In this document: piece by piece, positions 23,835 through 37,097 of the stretch
How positions within the stretch are numbered: the first letter of the stretch is position 1
Layout of the letters: the number at the start of each line of letters is the position of its first letter
NCBI RefSeq assembly: GCF_964355755.1
Contig: NC_092678.1
Location: 15,853,881 to 15,917,880, forward strand
DNA: 64,000 nucleotides
Source: Antedon mediterranea
Lineage: Eukaryota > Animalia > Echinodermata
Direction of reading: 5' to 3'
Notes under the pieces: model-generated
The model's database searches: none
The model's input: only the letters and a program-made list of their open reading frames with translations
Told to the model about the DNA's origin: nothing
Translations under genes and position numbers: made by a program

Positions 23835-24636
23835 CTGTAAAAAAAAATATGTTTGTGAAAATAGCTAGTTAATAGTTTCGAATTTAATTAAATGGACAGC
23901 CCTTATTTAAAAAATAACAAAAAAAATGGAATTAACTATGTTTGTCATTTAAGCCTAACTATCAATTGTATAGGACTTGGCTCTTGAGTAGTACTGGACG
24001 TTGTTTAAAAGTTAGATGTATCTTTATTCTGATAGGTCATTCTTCAAAGATATCATAATCTAATATCATTTTGATCTGCTGTTGTACATCTGTAATTTTG
24101 AATGTGTGGATTTGCTGCACACTTGATAAATATTGATTACAAAAGAAATCTCTTGTTGCTTCAAAGTTCTCTCAATGTGCCCAATTTCGTCTGCCGGTGG
24201 AATTGGTATAGTCTATAACAATGCACCATCATAGCTCCTTGTCCTGTTTCTCCGGAGTAGTGGTTATAGAGTCGGAGTCGTGGTGGAATAATGTCTTACA
24301 ATTCAGGAGGCCAGAGACTCACGAGTGTGTCGTTTGTAACAATATCGGAATTTCTATCGGGACGAAGTCTCGTTTGTAAACAGTAACTTTGCATTATGTT
24401 TATTTGGAAACCATTACGTTTGTGAATTTCTTTCAATTGATCAATTGATTTTTCGACGTCATAATTGTTAACTTTAGTTTATTTACCTAATTTCTCTGCA
24501 ATCTACAAGTTGTGTCTGATTATGAATCAAGTATACCGCATACTAGGTTATTATTAATCAATTAAATAATTAATTAATTAATGGCCGGAACATGAACAAC
24601 TTCATCTGGAAACATCTAAACGGCAAACTAAACGTC

Positions 24637-24961
24637 AACAAGCACAAATGTGCAATACTCGGGGTACAGCGAAAGTAGCTGTAATGACGTCATAAGACCG
24701 GATGTAACGTCACAACACATCAATAACCGCGCTACCAAATACGGCTATATGGTACCATCTTCGAGACGTCATATGGCTGCATTCGGTTTGATTCTATAGA
24801 TTTTAGGACATATCCCTGTAGTATATTCATGCCAAATCCCAGCTCAATACTACAACTAATAAGGGAGAAGTAGTACTTTAAAAATCGTACTTTTTACTCA
24901 ATAGTGTCCAGATGGAAGAAGAGGAGAAAATGATTAAGTCCTAGGTACCCCGAGTAAAAAA
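24637..24961 (-). mobile_element. Small HINE-type element (family D)
   Basis: subTIR pair TACTCGGGGTAC / GTACCCCGAGTA, hairpin GCACAAATGTGC beside the AACAA end, A-tract at the other end. Confidence 0.6.
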
Positions 24962-25208
24962 CAATAACAGAAACTTGAGCATTTGCTATATCTCCCACGG
25001 AACATAGTAATCTTCCTTGAATTGGCTGCAGCATTGTTTTATTTTAGAATTGTCACAAGGAGTGTTTCTCTGTTAAGTTCTTTTCTATGAAATCGTCAAT
25101 AAGCTATAATTAATATTAAGCGCATCCGTTCTCGTCTTTATGGTACCACAAAAACATGAACAATTAATAGTGTAGGCAGGTATGTCGTTTATATGAATGC
25201 CGTGTATA

Positions 25209-26023
25209 TTTTTAGTCGCCTGGAAGCGACTCTATAGTTCACTATGTCGGTCGGTTGGTCGGTCTGTCTGTCGGTCTGTCGGTCCGGTATCACTATGCGT
25301 TTTATCGCTTTCTGACCTTATCTGATATCAGTTTAATCTAGCTAGGTCAATTTTTCACAGTATATTCCTTATGGCCAGGAATCAATGTGGTTATGTTTTC
25401 ACGGTGTGCAATAGAAAATTACGCGGTCTACGCACGATTTAACGAAATCACGTTTGTAATCATATCTTCACAACCATAAATCACAATTAAATAAAATGTG
25501 GTACTCATAAATTTCAGGGCATAAATCATCATAATAATGGCAATACAATTACGTGCGTAGCGCATGTAACGCATGCGTACGCGCGCTTAACATTTTCAAA
25601 ATTTATTTTCGATGAAATAAGAGTACGTTTCAGGCAATTTTAAGCGTTTACAAAATTGCCATGAGTGCGCATATTTTTGCGCGCGCACTGCGCGTTAAAT
25701 GTTGTTGCGCACTCTTTTTGCCCGATTTATGTTTTCTTGACTTACTTTTCAACTCGAAATTACGTTATACGAGCACGTCAAAAGTGACAGGCTACGCACG
25801 TGTAAATTAAAAAAAATATAAATGTTTTTAAACATTTCAACATTTTTAAACATGTTCAGTAATTTCGGTCAGTATAGTTTACTATGTCGGTCGGTCGGTC
25901 TGTCTGTCTGTCTGTCGGTATTTCGGTCTGTCGGTCTGTCTGTCGGTCTGTCTGTCGGTCTGTCTGTCGGTCCGGTATCACTATGCATTGTAGCACGCGA
26001 CTTAATGGCTGTTGGCCTTGTTT
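25209..26023 (+). mobile_element. HINE family B copy
   Basis: Same termini and microsatellites as the 8061 copy. Confidence 0.85.
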
Positions 26024-29000
26024 GTTAAAAGCAAACTTTGACTTTATTTCATATCTTGATAATATAAGGAATGAAAAAAAATATGTTGCCATTTTTTCAA
26101 AAGACATTTAAGGGACCAAAATCAAGATGGCCGCCAACATTCAAATAACCCTATTAAAAATCATAATATCACCAATAATACAAATTATGAATGTGGAACA
26201 AGTCCGTTTTGATGGTATTACTGTACCCATTATACAATCTTAACTATGTAAAGCGATAATCTGTCGGCCATCTAGGATTTCAAAATGGCCGCCACTAAAA
26301 ATTAAATTCTTTAAATAATTTGTTTTAAATATAATTATGTGCATAAATTGTTGTTTGTACACAATGTTCTAAAATTGTCACTTCTCACAGGATTGTCTAA
26401 ATATAAGGCTGTCTAAAGTTGTCAATGTTCTCTATATAACAGATATATAATACCCTACTATGGCTCTTAAATTAAATAATCGTTCAAATTTGGAGTTGCA
26501 AAAGTATGGAACAACTTACCAATTTATATCAAATATTCAACAACAATTACGTCTAACTAGAGGGTGAGCTCGCATCGCTCGCTCCCATCTAGGAAGTGTA
26601 AACGGTGGTTCTCGGAATGATAATGACTCGGGTAAAAAGGTTTTAGAAGGACGTTCTCCTTGTACATTTTCTGTCGGTTACCATTATTGAAAATGCTTGA
26701 AATTCGAAAAACTAAACCTACTCTGTTTCACAGTGTCTTAGATGATTAATAACATTTTAAAGTATAGTGTTTATTGTTTGGCAGCGCCCTTATATACCGG
26801 AGGTGGGGAGGCACAGTTCATTTCTGGGAGATGCTTATTCGAGGGATTTTTTAGTTTTAATAATATCGTAACATTTATAATCAAATAAAATCCTGTAATA
26901 GATATGAAAATTGGCAAAAAATATTAAAAACTGCTTGGTAAATTGTAGTTAACAGTGTGATGAATTCTATTACAAATAGTATATACAATATCGTGTGTAT
27001 AAATATGGATGGGCGTTTATTATACCCTTTTTACACTATCGACTGAGAGAGGAACTCGAGTTGAACTCGGAGGCAATTTCCATTTACACTAGCCAAAAAA
27101 ACTGCGAGATGAACTCGAGTTGCGCCCATTTACACTACATCGATCACCCCAGTGCTGTCAATCAAATTACTATTGCAAGCGCACACATGGAACTTAACTG
27201 ACGTTTAAACACTGGAACATATCGACAAATCTAATATAAAAACATAATAATCCGAATTTACACACAATTTATTTAATTTTGAATATAGTCCAGTGTTATA
27301 TTTTCTTTGTGGCTATTAAGATTATCATTTATTATTTTAAAAATTATTTTTCTTTTTAAAATGACTGCATTTCCGCCATGTAGACTCTACGTACATTAAA
27401 TAGGCCCTAAATTGTTAGGTTGCCGTAAAAATAGGGTAGGTGCGGTAAGTATTTAAAATACAAAATGTATTTGTTAATTAGCATAACAATGTATCAATGA
27501 AGACAAATTATTATATGGTACTTTTTCAGTTCCTAAAAAAGATATCATTTTCATCCATTGAGACGTCAGTATTATATATATTTTTCCCTTTTTCAATAAT
27601 TAGGCCTACATAGAATAGGCCAGGGTAGAGTTACACCAATATTACATTATTTTAGGCTTTCTGGTAAGGTAGAATGCGCACGAACATTTCAATATTTTCA
27701 GCAGAAAAGAATGAGTCATAAATTTGTTTGTGCCTTTAAAAGAAAATAACGAACAGCACAACATATCGTATAATTATTGTTTTAAGCAAAAAAGGTGTAT
27801 TTTAAGCATAAACACCTATTTTGTTTGCATAATATATTGTATTTATGTGACAACATGTTAAATTTTCACGTCAATGACCTTTAACAGCTCGGTTTTGAAC
27901 CACAAAAACCGTTTACACTTCGTGTCTCCGGTGCAGATTCGACTACACCGGAGAAGGTACACCGGAAAACATTCAGCTTCGTTTCACCCCAGAGAGAGCA
28001 CACCGGTGGTGGTTGGATTTTCCCATTTACACCAGTCAATAAAAACCACAACACCGGAGTTTAACCGGTGTACCAACAACTGCGGGGTTACACCGCTGTT
28101 ACGGTGATATTGTAATAGTTGGGTAGGTGGGTGTAGGTGATTATTATTCAAAGTGATGTTTTATTGGGTAGGCGTTTATTCAAATAAATGCCATCATAAT
28201 ACATTATTTAATTTAAACATCTTTTGAAACTAACTTCCGCGACAGTGTAGGCCGTTTCGGCCCAAGAAGGAAGATGGTTTTGATGGCTTGCAACATGGGC
28301 CCTAATGGGACACAGATAGCCTACAGTTATTTCTGCCAGCTTACTCAATACAACTCGGCTATCGGGATTTTATTTTTTAACTACTGTATCACCTTCACAC
28401 GCGCGGTCCGATCCGAAAATAAACAAAAAAACTAAAATGGCTATAGCCACTAACGACCAACTTAACTGAAACCAGGTAGTTGCAAGGTGAACCTGTGAAC
28501 TCATCATGAACCAGGGAATTAATTTGATTGCGTACAATTGAAATTGAGTTTAAAATCTACCGATAAAATCATAAATTTTGTTTTAAAACTCTTTATAATA
28601 TATTCCTAAGATAGAAATATGGAACAATATTGTAATAGTGAAAACTGTTTTACATGTCGCGGTACATATGAGTTACTGTAGTTCAGGTAGGTATCCAAGG
28701 CAGAGATTTGTTCCAAAGTTTTTCCATTGTGCTCGCCTATGTCAGAATTAACCATAATTTATATATAGATTCTAAATTACAGATCTCATTTCTTTTCATG
28801 AAACTGGAACTTGACAGGAGACAGGACCACAATATAAAACAAGTGCATTTATACCTTATTGTGAAATCCTGTATAAATATGATGTTAATAAATAAATGCG
28901 TTATTGCTATGTAATTCAATGTCTGAACCTTCAGGGCCATAGTCACCAGTATGGTTGGTAAGTTTTCAACTTGTCAACTTTTGGCAGAAGCTTGAAGGAA

Positions 29001-31957
29001 ATACAGTTACAGCTCATTCACAAGATTATTCATAGACAGCATTAACTCCTACTTCTCATCTCAACCGATTTCATTAGATATGTACCCCTACAGATGGACC
29101 ACCATTATTTTACACTGGTTTGATGAGTGCACATTGTTGTGGTATAAAAACGCATGTACTATGGAAAGACAAGAATGCCTGGTGATGACTCTTGCCCCGA
29201 GATGAGCGGAGGTGGAGAGAGATGACATCAAGAAGCAATTATTATGTCGACCCGGTGAACTATATGGCTTTTGGACATGTAGCATTGTGAAAATAGTGTT
29301 GAGGCCAATGATTTTGTTGAAACTGAACTTGTATTACCTATACAACCAGTGACACAAATATCTTAAATTGAAAACATCTCTAAAGGACAGAAGCACACAA
29401 ATTCCTGATTTCTCTCTACAATTTGCTTCTACAAATGCTGACAGAGAAAGAGATTTTAAGTGAAGTATCATTGTGTTTAAAAGAGGCTGATCATAAAGAT
29501 ATTAACTTGGATACAGAGAGTCAACGAAATCTAAAGGATGTGGTTAAACTATATCCCTATATATGTCCGAGACACAAGAAAACGATATCTGCACACATGG
29601 AAAGTACACATGCTTTTATCAAATATTTCTTTGCTCATGACCATACTTTCGCTGTATCAATTTCAACAGATTACTGAAACAAATTACATATATTGGAGTT
29701 TATGAGAGGACATGTATGTGTGGGACTTGCTGGATTTACATCAATTGATCAGGGTCATTGAGCGTGGTATCATTGGAATAACAATTGGTATTGATTTTTT
29801 GTTCATGTTACGTTTGGGTACATTAATTATAAACCAATACATGAGCCTACAGTTTATATTCTACTCCGGTAGCTTCTTAGAACTGCGTTGGGTACTGATT
29901 CAGGTATGATGACCACGGTACGGTCTTCCATCTATGTATAAAACACCGTTACAAAAAACTGGATGTTTACCGGACTTGAAAGCATTTTCCATCACGTCTG
30001 CGTATTTACGTTTTTCCCTGACGTCAGCTGGCGGCAAGTCTTCCAGTGCGTAAAATGCCGAATTCTTTAGTGCTTTTGTCTTCTTTAGAACGGCATACCG
30101 CTGTGGCCTGTAAATACATTTGGCTATTATGTGCCGGGGCTTTTCAGCATTCCTCGTTTGTTTACCGGTCCGATGCGCATTTTAAATTTGTATGTCGTCA
30201 ATTTTTAAATGTTTACTTAACATATCTTGTAGTTTATTTAGCGTATTTTCGTTTTCGTCCTCTTGTATACCACCAAATCTTAAGTTGTAACTTCTCAAGT
30301 GCCTTTCCATCCTTAGTACCTCAGCCTCCAAATTACTTATTGTTTTCTGTTTAACATTTAGTTCAGTCTCTATATTTACTATTTGTGTAGCAAGATCACC
30401 TACTATAGACTCATTTTCATTTATTGTCGTAGTGTAATATTCAAGCGATCTATCCAACTCTATTTGTTTCTCCTCCAATTTAGTCATCCTGCTCAATAAT
30501 AGTTGTTGAGTTTTTTTGAATAGTCGCTATTCCCGTATCAATTTTAGTATTAATTTGAGCCATCATATCTTTAAGTTCGCTTCGTAGGGCTTTAATTTCA
30601 GTGGTTGATGATGTAGCGGCGGGGGATTCAATGAGTGTTTTTACGCTGTGAGCTTTTTCCCCGGCTTTCTCGGTCTCATTTTTTGCTTTCCTAGTATTAG
30701 GCTTAGAAGCGCTCATCCTTAATTTTGGTATATTTTTTCTTTGGAGATAAAGTATACAATATAGGGTGAGACTTACGTTGCAAGCAATGTGATCCCGGTA
30801 CAGTAGTCAGTGTTTTAGCAGATATTGTAAGCGGAGCTCTTACCGGTACGTGTTTACTCTTCGGATCCCATCATGCTTTTAAAGTTGATGAGTTGATGAG
30901 TTTAAAAGCAAACATTTAAAGAGAGATAATATCCCGATTAACGAAGAATGCTGCAATTCGCACAAAGGTGTTTGTTGGCCATGGCATGATGAAATTGGAC
31001 AGAAAATGTTTGAGGCATTGGTAAAAGTATTGTAGAAGGCAAACTGTCTATATCGGATCCTAAGAAAAAGACGAATATGGCAAAAAATATATATGACGGT
31101 GAATACAGGTGACAAACTTATCAAAGTAAAAGAGGACTCCAATAGAAATGATTTGGCGGTGAAATGAGGTATTGCAGTAGGCCTACTTTTGCCAATTTGT
31201 TTCTGAACAAGCTTGTTGGGATCGCAGATCAGTCTGTGGAAGTTTGATGGATACAGTGATAGAAAACGAAGGAAGGTCAACTTACTGTATCGAATTCAAG
31301 ATTATAAATATTTCATTGAAGGACTTTGGCAGAGTTAGTTGTCATTTAACTGATGAAGTTTATGAGATATTTTAATATGAAGAAGTGTACTGTCAGTACA
31401 ATAGACCTCCTGATGGTCAACATTTGTGTTAATCACCATGTTGTTGTCATAAGCATATCATTTGGTGTATTTCAATCTAATTTTATTTAACTTACACACG
31501 TTTTAATCAGAAATTTAACCCATTTGGCGGCCAATTTGACATTTAAAATGGCCGCCATTTTGTGTTAATAACAGATGTTGTTTTCATAGGCCTATCATTT
31601 TATGTGATTTCAATCAACGTCATAACTTGCACACGTTTTAATAAGAAATGTAATCCATTTTTAAAAAATGGCGGCCATTTTGAAATTCAAAATGTCAGAA
31701 TACTAATGAACATAGGTTTATAATAATTCTTATATAGCAGAGAACCCATATGAACTTTAAATATTATTAATAATGGGTGTTACATTGTCCAATATGGTAC
31801 ATTTATTGAATATTTTACGTATTGGCGGCCATCTTGGATTTGACACCCTTAAGCTTTTTTAAAAAAATGGCAACATATTTTTTTACATCCTAAAGACACT
31901 AAATCAGCTGGAATTTGCTTTTAACAAAAAAATGACACGAAATTACATAGTGGCCTA
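26024..31957 (+). mobile_element. Old DNA transposon with long imperfect TIRs, Academ-like
   Basis: 26024-26140 is an imperfect inverted repeat of 31822-31927 (GTTAAAAGCAAA..ATATGTTGCCATTTTTT..AAGATGGCCGCCAA), with repeated AAAATGGCCGCC motifs; degraded coding motifs KYFFAHDH, DQ.IE, KVKED, FDGY. Confidence 0.5.
29765..30872 (-). mobile_element. LINE 5' UTR + ORF1 remnant (L1/Tx1- or CR1-type ORF1), no ORF2
   Basis: Frameshifted ORF 30716-29907: coiled coil, RSYNLRFGGIQE, NAHRTGK..PRHIIAK, EDLP, LYIDG. Confidence 0.75.
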
Positions 31958-32334
31958 CATTATAAGGAAAAAATCAGACTGTAGTTTCAATAAAGTTAAT
32001 CAATTCCGTAAAAAAAAAAACCCAAAAAACCTCATTGGGCTGACAACCAATTTGACTATTTTGTGCTTTAAATTACAGTTTATCAAAAAAATTTATTCCT
32101 TAGAATTCAAGTTTTGGTCAAGGCGAATAACTGTTGTGACATTAAAATGGCATATTAAACAACATACAATTTAAAGAATTATTTATTCAGGTGAACAATA
32201 TATCTTTATCTAATTCTCATTTCACATATTGTTGGTGCGTGTAAATTCACATGTTAGCCTAAAATGTGAATACTTTCTTGAACCAATTCAATTATTGTTA
32301 AATATTTTGCTAAATTTGGTTAACGTTTATTTAC

Positions 32335-32679
32335 CTTGCGTAACAATTACTGCTGTAACTGTTGCATTAAATCCTCTCTTTCTTCCAATAAAATCAGTAG
32401 ATAAGGCAATCCACATTGTGTTGTTGTTGGAAACTAATGAATTATGTGGTAAACCACCTGTAAGCCTAACTATATTTTCATTTTCTGCAAATGCTATATC
32501 CAAATAATCATATCCGTCCTCCAGTTGAAAGTCGTTGAACTCAATACGAATAACCAACTCTGGAGAGGTTGTAACCATCCATTCACATTTTAAATTGTTT
32601 TCGTAGTTCTTCGGATAATTAGGAGACCAAAATGCATATGAAGAGTTCTCAGATTCAAGATGAATATCCATGTTACATT
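32335..32679 (-). CDS. CUB-domain exon
   Basis: tgcag|..|gtaaat; 345 bp, phase 1-1; C..SPNYPKNYENNLKCEW..IRIEFNDFQLEDGYDYL..FSTD-like..GFNA. Confidence 0.93.
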
Positions 32680-33312
32680 CTGCAAAAATGTAGAATTAGT
32701 TTGATAATAATAAATACACGGATATTTAAATGTTAATTATACTGTGACTATAACGTGAAAAAATAGCGTTATTAAATGTAGGTAACCATAATCATTATTT
32801 GGTATTTTCAAAATAACGTTAGCGTTAATAATACTCCTGTACAATATCTAAGTGTGATTGATATTTATAATATGATAGTTATTTTTAGACATTATATTTA
32901 TATATAGTCCTAACATCAATTATGATCTTTCAATCAGGACGTGCTACAGTGTAAATAAAGGGTACACACAATATTTAAGATTAGAAGATTAGATTACCAA
33001 TCACACAGGAAATTCATCTCGAGAAGTAGATTAGATCAGATTAAAATGAGATTTAAATATATTGATTTTCTCACTGTCATTTTAAGAGATTAAATGTTAT
33101 CATTTCATTTCACAAAATGTACCTTTATATTTCTGTACAATATTATATTTAGAAATGCAGAATACTTATTAAAGTGACTGGGATGCATATGAGGATTGTC
33201 GGCCCATTTTATCCCATTTATAAAATTGTGGATTATTAAAGAAATAAAAAACCATGCAATTATATTTGTACTGATGTAGTGTAGAATAAATAACCAACAA
33301 AACGTATCAGAG

Positions 33313-33473
33313 TGAATCAGTGCGAATCAGTGCGACTCACAGCGAATCAGTGCGAATCACAGCGAACCAGTGCGAATCAGTGCGAATCAGAACGAATCAG
33401 TACGAATCAGTGCGAATCAGAGCGAATCAGAGCGAATCAGAGCGAATCAGTGCGAATCAGAGCGAATCAGAGC
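33313..33473. repeat. 10-bp minisatellite (GCGAATCAGW)n
   Basis: About 16 tandem units. Confidence 0.95.
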
Positions 33474-34744
33474 TTGGGAAAGCCATCGTTTGTTCTAAAA
33501 TCATTGACCTTCGATAATGCATCACTTTCTCTCTCACCAATGCCTTAATGTTTGTAGGTCTACTCAGTATTTTGAAAATATCAGAATCATTCACAAAATT
33601 GAATTAATATATTTAAATAGATCTATACCATCCGAAAAATGATTTTAATATTAAATGAAGGATTATTAAGTTTCATAATATTATTATAATATTCAGTCAA
33701 ATTATTGTTTTATGTTTTTTTTTATTTATTCCAATTATCATTGTCGTCACTATTGTATGTCGTCATTTTGGCCTATACCAATACAGATAAAAGTATTACA
33801 TATAAACAATATCACAGTTAAGTATTGTCAATTCGTATACAGATGTTGGATAACGACTTTTTGTTACAACGTTGGTCACACATTAAACCATTACTATACC
33901 CTTTCTTTTTCTGGTTGATAATTATCATTTTTAAAACACGATACTCTGGAATTTTTTAATATAAGAATATTTTATTCAATTCAGAATATAAACAAGGTAC
34001 AATTAATAATGAATGTTAAACCTACTTATTTCCGTTTTTATACCTACGGGAAGTTTTCGCTTGCCAGAGGTCTGCAAATATTTCGCGCAGAGTTAAAGCG
34101 CAGAGGGAGAGTCTCTCACTTTTCTAGGCGTTCTTATTATAACATACTCATTAGACTGTGTACAATTATATTGGTTCAGTAATGTATTTTTCAGTATTCT
34201 GTACCGATTATTCACAGCTGTTCCAGAAATATGAATTAAGTGCAGCGCCCCCAACGTTTCATAGCGTTTTATGGAGTAGTGATTCCGAAAACATATTGTA
34301 TACAAACCACATGAGGAACCCGGAAGCAATCAAGCATAAAATGACTGTTTTTTAATAGCCAATAAAAACAAATAAAGACCGCGAAAGTCAGAAAAATAAT
34401 GAATATTCATTAGAACAACCCTGGATGAAGGTGAAAAACATGTTGTCGTCGTTTTATCACGTGGATTTTAAGAGGTAATGTAATTGAAAATTGTACACCC
34501 AACGCCTGTTTTTTTCTCAAGCGATACATTTAAAAAAGTAGGTATAAATGTTGTTTTCCATATCAGTTTAAAAATAATTTTTTCTGTTGAATTCTTTGAT
34601 TTAGTTGGATACTTTAGTTATCCTTGAATGTTTTAACAAGGATCGTATTCATATTGCCTGGCTGGATTTTTTCCTATGCTAGCTTATATTAGGCTATGCC
34701 CAGGCCCCCTTGCGTGGTTAAAACCAGCTGTGTAAGACTAATGG

Positions 34745-36442
34745 CTGTTTATTTTTAACACGTAAACATGTATATTTGGAGGGCCTGAGTGACAGTTGAC
34801 CTGTTATAAAGCTGATTAATTACTTGTTCCTGGTCCTAATTAAAAATTAGGCCTAGTCTAGCCTCTAGGCCTAAGCTTTTTTAATACGCCGTGGTTAGGA
34901 TTCCGGCACCGGAACTCAACTGCCCACCGTTAGGGAATCCGACACGCTATTGCGCATGCCCAGAGCTCTGGGAAGTGAATTATAGCTTGTGCCACACTAC
35001 TCTGCACACCACACTACCACTGGCTGAGAGTCGGAGTGTTAGGATTTACTGTAGCCTAGTTAGTCGTTGCGCGAGCGAGAGAGCGATGGATTAAACTTGG
35101 CCTAGGCCATACATGAATTAATAGTTAAAATACGACTACGCCAGGCGCCACGCGTTAAAATAATTATTATGATATCAATAAGAATCAGTATCTATCTACC
35201 GTAAGAATCGTAATGCTGTATTTAGCGTTGCGACCCCGACTTCCCGAACAGTTTTTTCACATCCACGCGGTGGCTGCCGTCAATAAATTAACTTGTGATT
35301 GCATGTTATGTACAGTTATAATGCGTTATATGAAATCTTTTATTTTGTACTTGAAAAATCATAAAACTAGTCAACTCATGTAATTATAATAATTCATAAT
35401 TAGGCCCTCCTATATGAAGTTTATATATGAATGAAGCAACCACTTTTTAATTACAAAATAAATAGGCCCACTGGTCACGTCTAGCTGGTAGGCCTAGCCT
35501 AGTATTTACTATTAGTGGATCCCGTTATTATTAGGCATCTACCGTGGCGGAGCTATGAAATGATCCATCGCTGTTGATAAAGTATAGAGTCGCCGATTAC
35601 CGGCGCTCTGGGCATGCGCAATAGCGTGTCGGATTCCCTAACGGTGGGCAGTTGAGTTCCGGTGCCGGAATCCTAACCACGGCGTTTTTAATAATCATTC
35701 ATATTGGGAGAGGAGTACAGAGTAGGCCAGGCTACAGGCCTAGCCTAGCTAGGCCTATATTATATAATAGGCTAGGCTACATCATCAGCAGGTTAAAGGC
35801 TAGCAGCCTACCTAGCATGTCTTAGTCAAAGATCTGTAATATATTAATAGAAAGAAGCTATAGAGTACTGTGACATTAGATATTTAATCATAAATGCATT
35901 ATTTATTATTTTGATATGCAATCACAATCTAAATCAGTAAATAACATCAATTTCCGTTATCAATAAATAATTATTAATATATAAACCAAATTAAAATAAA
36001 ATAACTGTTTATTTTTAACACGTAAACATGTCTATTCGGGGGCCTGAGTGACAGTTGACCTGTTATAAAGCTGATTAATTACTTGTTCCTGGTCCTAATT
36101 AAAAATTAGGCCTAGCCTAGGCCTAAGCTTTTTTAATAATCATTCATATTGGGAGAGAGGAGTACAGAGTAGGCCAGGTTACAGGCCTATACTATATATA
36201 GGCTAGGCTACATCATCAGCAGGTTAAAGACTAGCAGCCTACCTAGCATGTCTTAGTCAAAGATCTTTAATATATTAATAGAAAGAAGCTATAGAGTACT
36301 GTGACATTAGATATTTAATTATAAATGCATATTTCTTTCATATTTGTATTGTATTATATATGCAATCACAATCTAAATCACTAAATAACATCAATTTCCG
36401 TTATCAATCAATAATATATATAAACCAAATTAAAATAAAATA
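34745..36442. repeat. Tandem duplication of ~440-460 bp (units start 34745 and 36005); first unit carries a MITE
   Basis: CTGTTTATTTTTAACACGTAAACATG..AAACCAAATTAAAATAAAATA occurs twice. Confidence 0.9.
34887..35684. mobile_element. MULE/Mutator-like MITE
   Basis: Perfect 80-bp TIRs (34887-34966, 35605-35684); 9-bp TSD TTTTTAATA, confirmed by the empty site at ~36130. Confidence 0.9.
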
Positions 36443-36683
36443 GCTTCCAAAAAATTAAATTCAATTACAATTCATATACCATTTGTTAAATATTTACAAA
36501 ATCATTGTTCTAGCAATAAAAACAAAATACTACCATTCATACAGTATACTGTACATAATAATATGCAATACTGTAAACATTAACTGAGAAATAGCAAACT
36601 ATTCCTCAACTTTTCACCACTTAGTTACCGGCCCAGTTACTTCATGGTGGATCTCAGGTGAAATAAACGTCAGATGTGACTTC

Positions 36684-37097
36684 ATGATTTCCCACAAAAC
36701 TTTTTCCATGGTACTGCTGTCGAGGAATTTATTTTTTCTAAATACCTCGTCCATTTTTGTACATAGAGGTCCTGTTTCAAATCTCTTGGTTCATAGTAGT
36801 TCGCTATATAAAATATATAAAAGAAATATGGCATTAATTTTTATAGTATTTGCATGTTTTAGACATAATTTTAAAGGTGTATAATGTAGGACTGACCAAC
36901 TTTGATCTCTTGTTCTTTTAGATTTATTCTGTGGCCAGTCTCTGCAATCTTACTATGCTGTTTTGTTACAAGTGACACTGAGAGTTCATTTCTTAAATGC
37001 TCAAGATTTTCTTCTAAAGACTGGATTTTATTCATTGTACTTTGTAGCATGTCGATGTGCTGCAGCTTCTGATTTTCTCTTTCTGCTAGATGATCAC
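36684..37097 (-). pseudogene. Intron-containing Chapaev/CMC-like transposase remnant
   Basis: Exon-like 36897-37097 (coiled coil), then GPLCTKMDEVFRKNK/IPRQQYHGKSFVGNH with frameshifts. Confidence 0.5.

Noticed and set aside
27020-28110. TTTACAC-rich palindromic fragments as a Harbinger MITE
   Set aside because: No matching pair of TIRs or TSD could be identified.
33312-33548. ORFs with ANQSES repeats
   Set aside because: Translations of a 10-bp minisatellite.
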